DNA of 64,000 nucleotides, taken from NCBI GenBank assembly GCA_037447605.1, contig CM074812.1, forward strand, positions 2,852,001-2,916,000. Reading direction: 5' to 3'. Source of the stretch: Zygnema circumcarinatum SAG 698-1b. Lineage: Eukaryota > Plantae > Zygnematophyceae. This document shows, piece after piece, positions 63,067 through 64,000 of this stretch. A model generated the notes under the pieces. The model saw only the letters and a program-made list of their open reading frames with translations, ran no database searches and was not told the origin of the DNA. Numbering within the stretch: position 1 is the stretch's first letter; each line of letters opens with the position of its first letter. The position numbers and the translations under genes are program-made.

Positions 63067-63643
63067 TCAGTATAGCGAAACCTCCCTGTTGAATATCCAT
63101 GAAAACTTGGTCCTCCTCTCTCTCTCCCTGCCCTTCCTCTCCTTCCTCTCCCTCGCTCTCTCCGAACTTCCGAATGCGAGGTGGTAGACCTCCCACATAC
63201 TCCTGCGCTCTCCTTCCCTCCTCTGTGAGTCCTTCAATCTTTTCAACATTCCATGCTTTTACCAAATGCTCCATAATGTCTGCATAGTCTTCTGCAGTAT
63301 ACACTCCCACTCGTTGGGCTACCGATGAAAAATCGTCGAAAATATTCTCATTTTCTCCATCATACATAAAGTGAGCAGGCATTACTATCTGCTTCTTCAT
63401 CATGTCTTCAAAGGCTTGCATAGCTCCGGAAGGGTCCAACTCAAACAGCTTCTGTACTATCTTAGTATATGCAATTTCATGCCTCTTCTCATCGGCTGCA
63501 ATGATCCCACATATAATTGCCAATTTTTCATCTCCAAACTCTTTGGCATGTCTGGCAGTGTTTCCATGGGAGACAAAAGTTGCACGCTCTTGAAATGAAG
63601 TGTATACAAACCCCAAGTAGGGATTGTTTTCGGTCTTTATGTC
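63067..63643 (-). CDS. SAD: Stearoyl-[ACP] delta-9 desaturase, last exon (upstream exons beyond the window); one frameshift near 63170
   Basis: [65 protein letters not shown]. The conserved C-terminus FSWIFNREV is in a shifted frame. Acceptor GTGCAG at 63644. Confidence 0.93.
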
Positions 63644-64000
63644 CTGCACAACCGAGGAAGAGAAGGAGAGTATTTGAGACAGAAACGGTTGAATACAGTT
63701 TGGAATATTTGTGTTGGGTTTGAGGTTTTCCTTGTTTTATCGGGGAGAAAGGGAGAGAGAGGAGGAGAGGGGAGAGAGAAGGGGGGAGAGAGGGGGGAGA
63801 GAGGGGGAAGAGAGGGAGAGAGGGAGAGAGGGAGAGAGGGAGGGAGAGAGGAGGAGAGGGGGAGAGATGGGGGGAGTGGGAGAGAGGGAGAGGGAAGGAG
63901 AGAGGAGGAGAGGGAGAGTGAGAGGGAGAGTGAGAGGGGGAGAGAGAGGAGAGGGGGAGAGAGATGGGAGAGAGGGAGAGAGGGGGGGAGAAGAGGAGAG

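Overview
Eukaryotic genomic DNA, most likely a streptophyte (charophyte-type) green alga. This is inferred from plant-type FKGP, stearoyl-ACP desaturase, LRRNT_2/72-nt LRR exons and TTTAGGG-like tracts, together with introns built almost entirely of CT microsatellites. The draft assembly has several N gaps and indel noise. 1-22 kb is a nest of LTR retrotransposons: three Ty3/gypsy elements (A with a chromodomain start; B and C from one family), a minus-strand Ty1/copia element (6968-15291, GCGCC TSD) carrying a solo LTR and gypsy B, and a partial copia-type LTR at the left edge. 22-64 kb is host sequence containing: an 18-exon gene for a predicted secreted NIDO-extensin-NIDO-extensin-LRR-Cys-rich protein (25119-34943 +); bifunctional fucokinase/GDP-fucose pyrophosphorylase (36315-44401 -); an F-box/LRR-like gene (45462-47046 +); non-autonomous TIR elements; a PEPKR/CDPK-like kinase without EF hands (54475-59040 +); a candidate myristoylated Glu/Arg-rich ORF; and the last exon of a stearoyl-ACP desaturase (63067-63643 -). 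The three strongest leads are the NIDO/extensin/LRR chimera, a highly iterated palindrome GCCACGTGGC embedded in coding exons in all three frames, and a degenerate adenine-methylase-like domain between gag and protease in all three gypsy elements. No rRNA, tRNA or CRISPR array was found. All coordinates, splice models and counts were read by eye.
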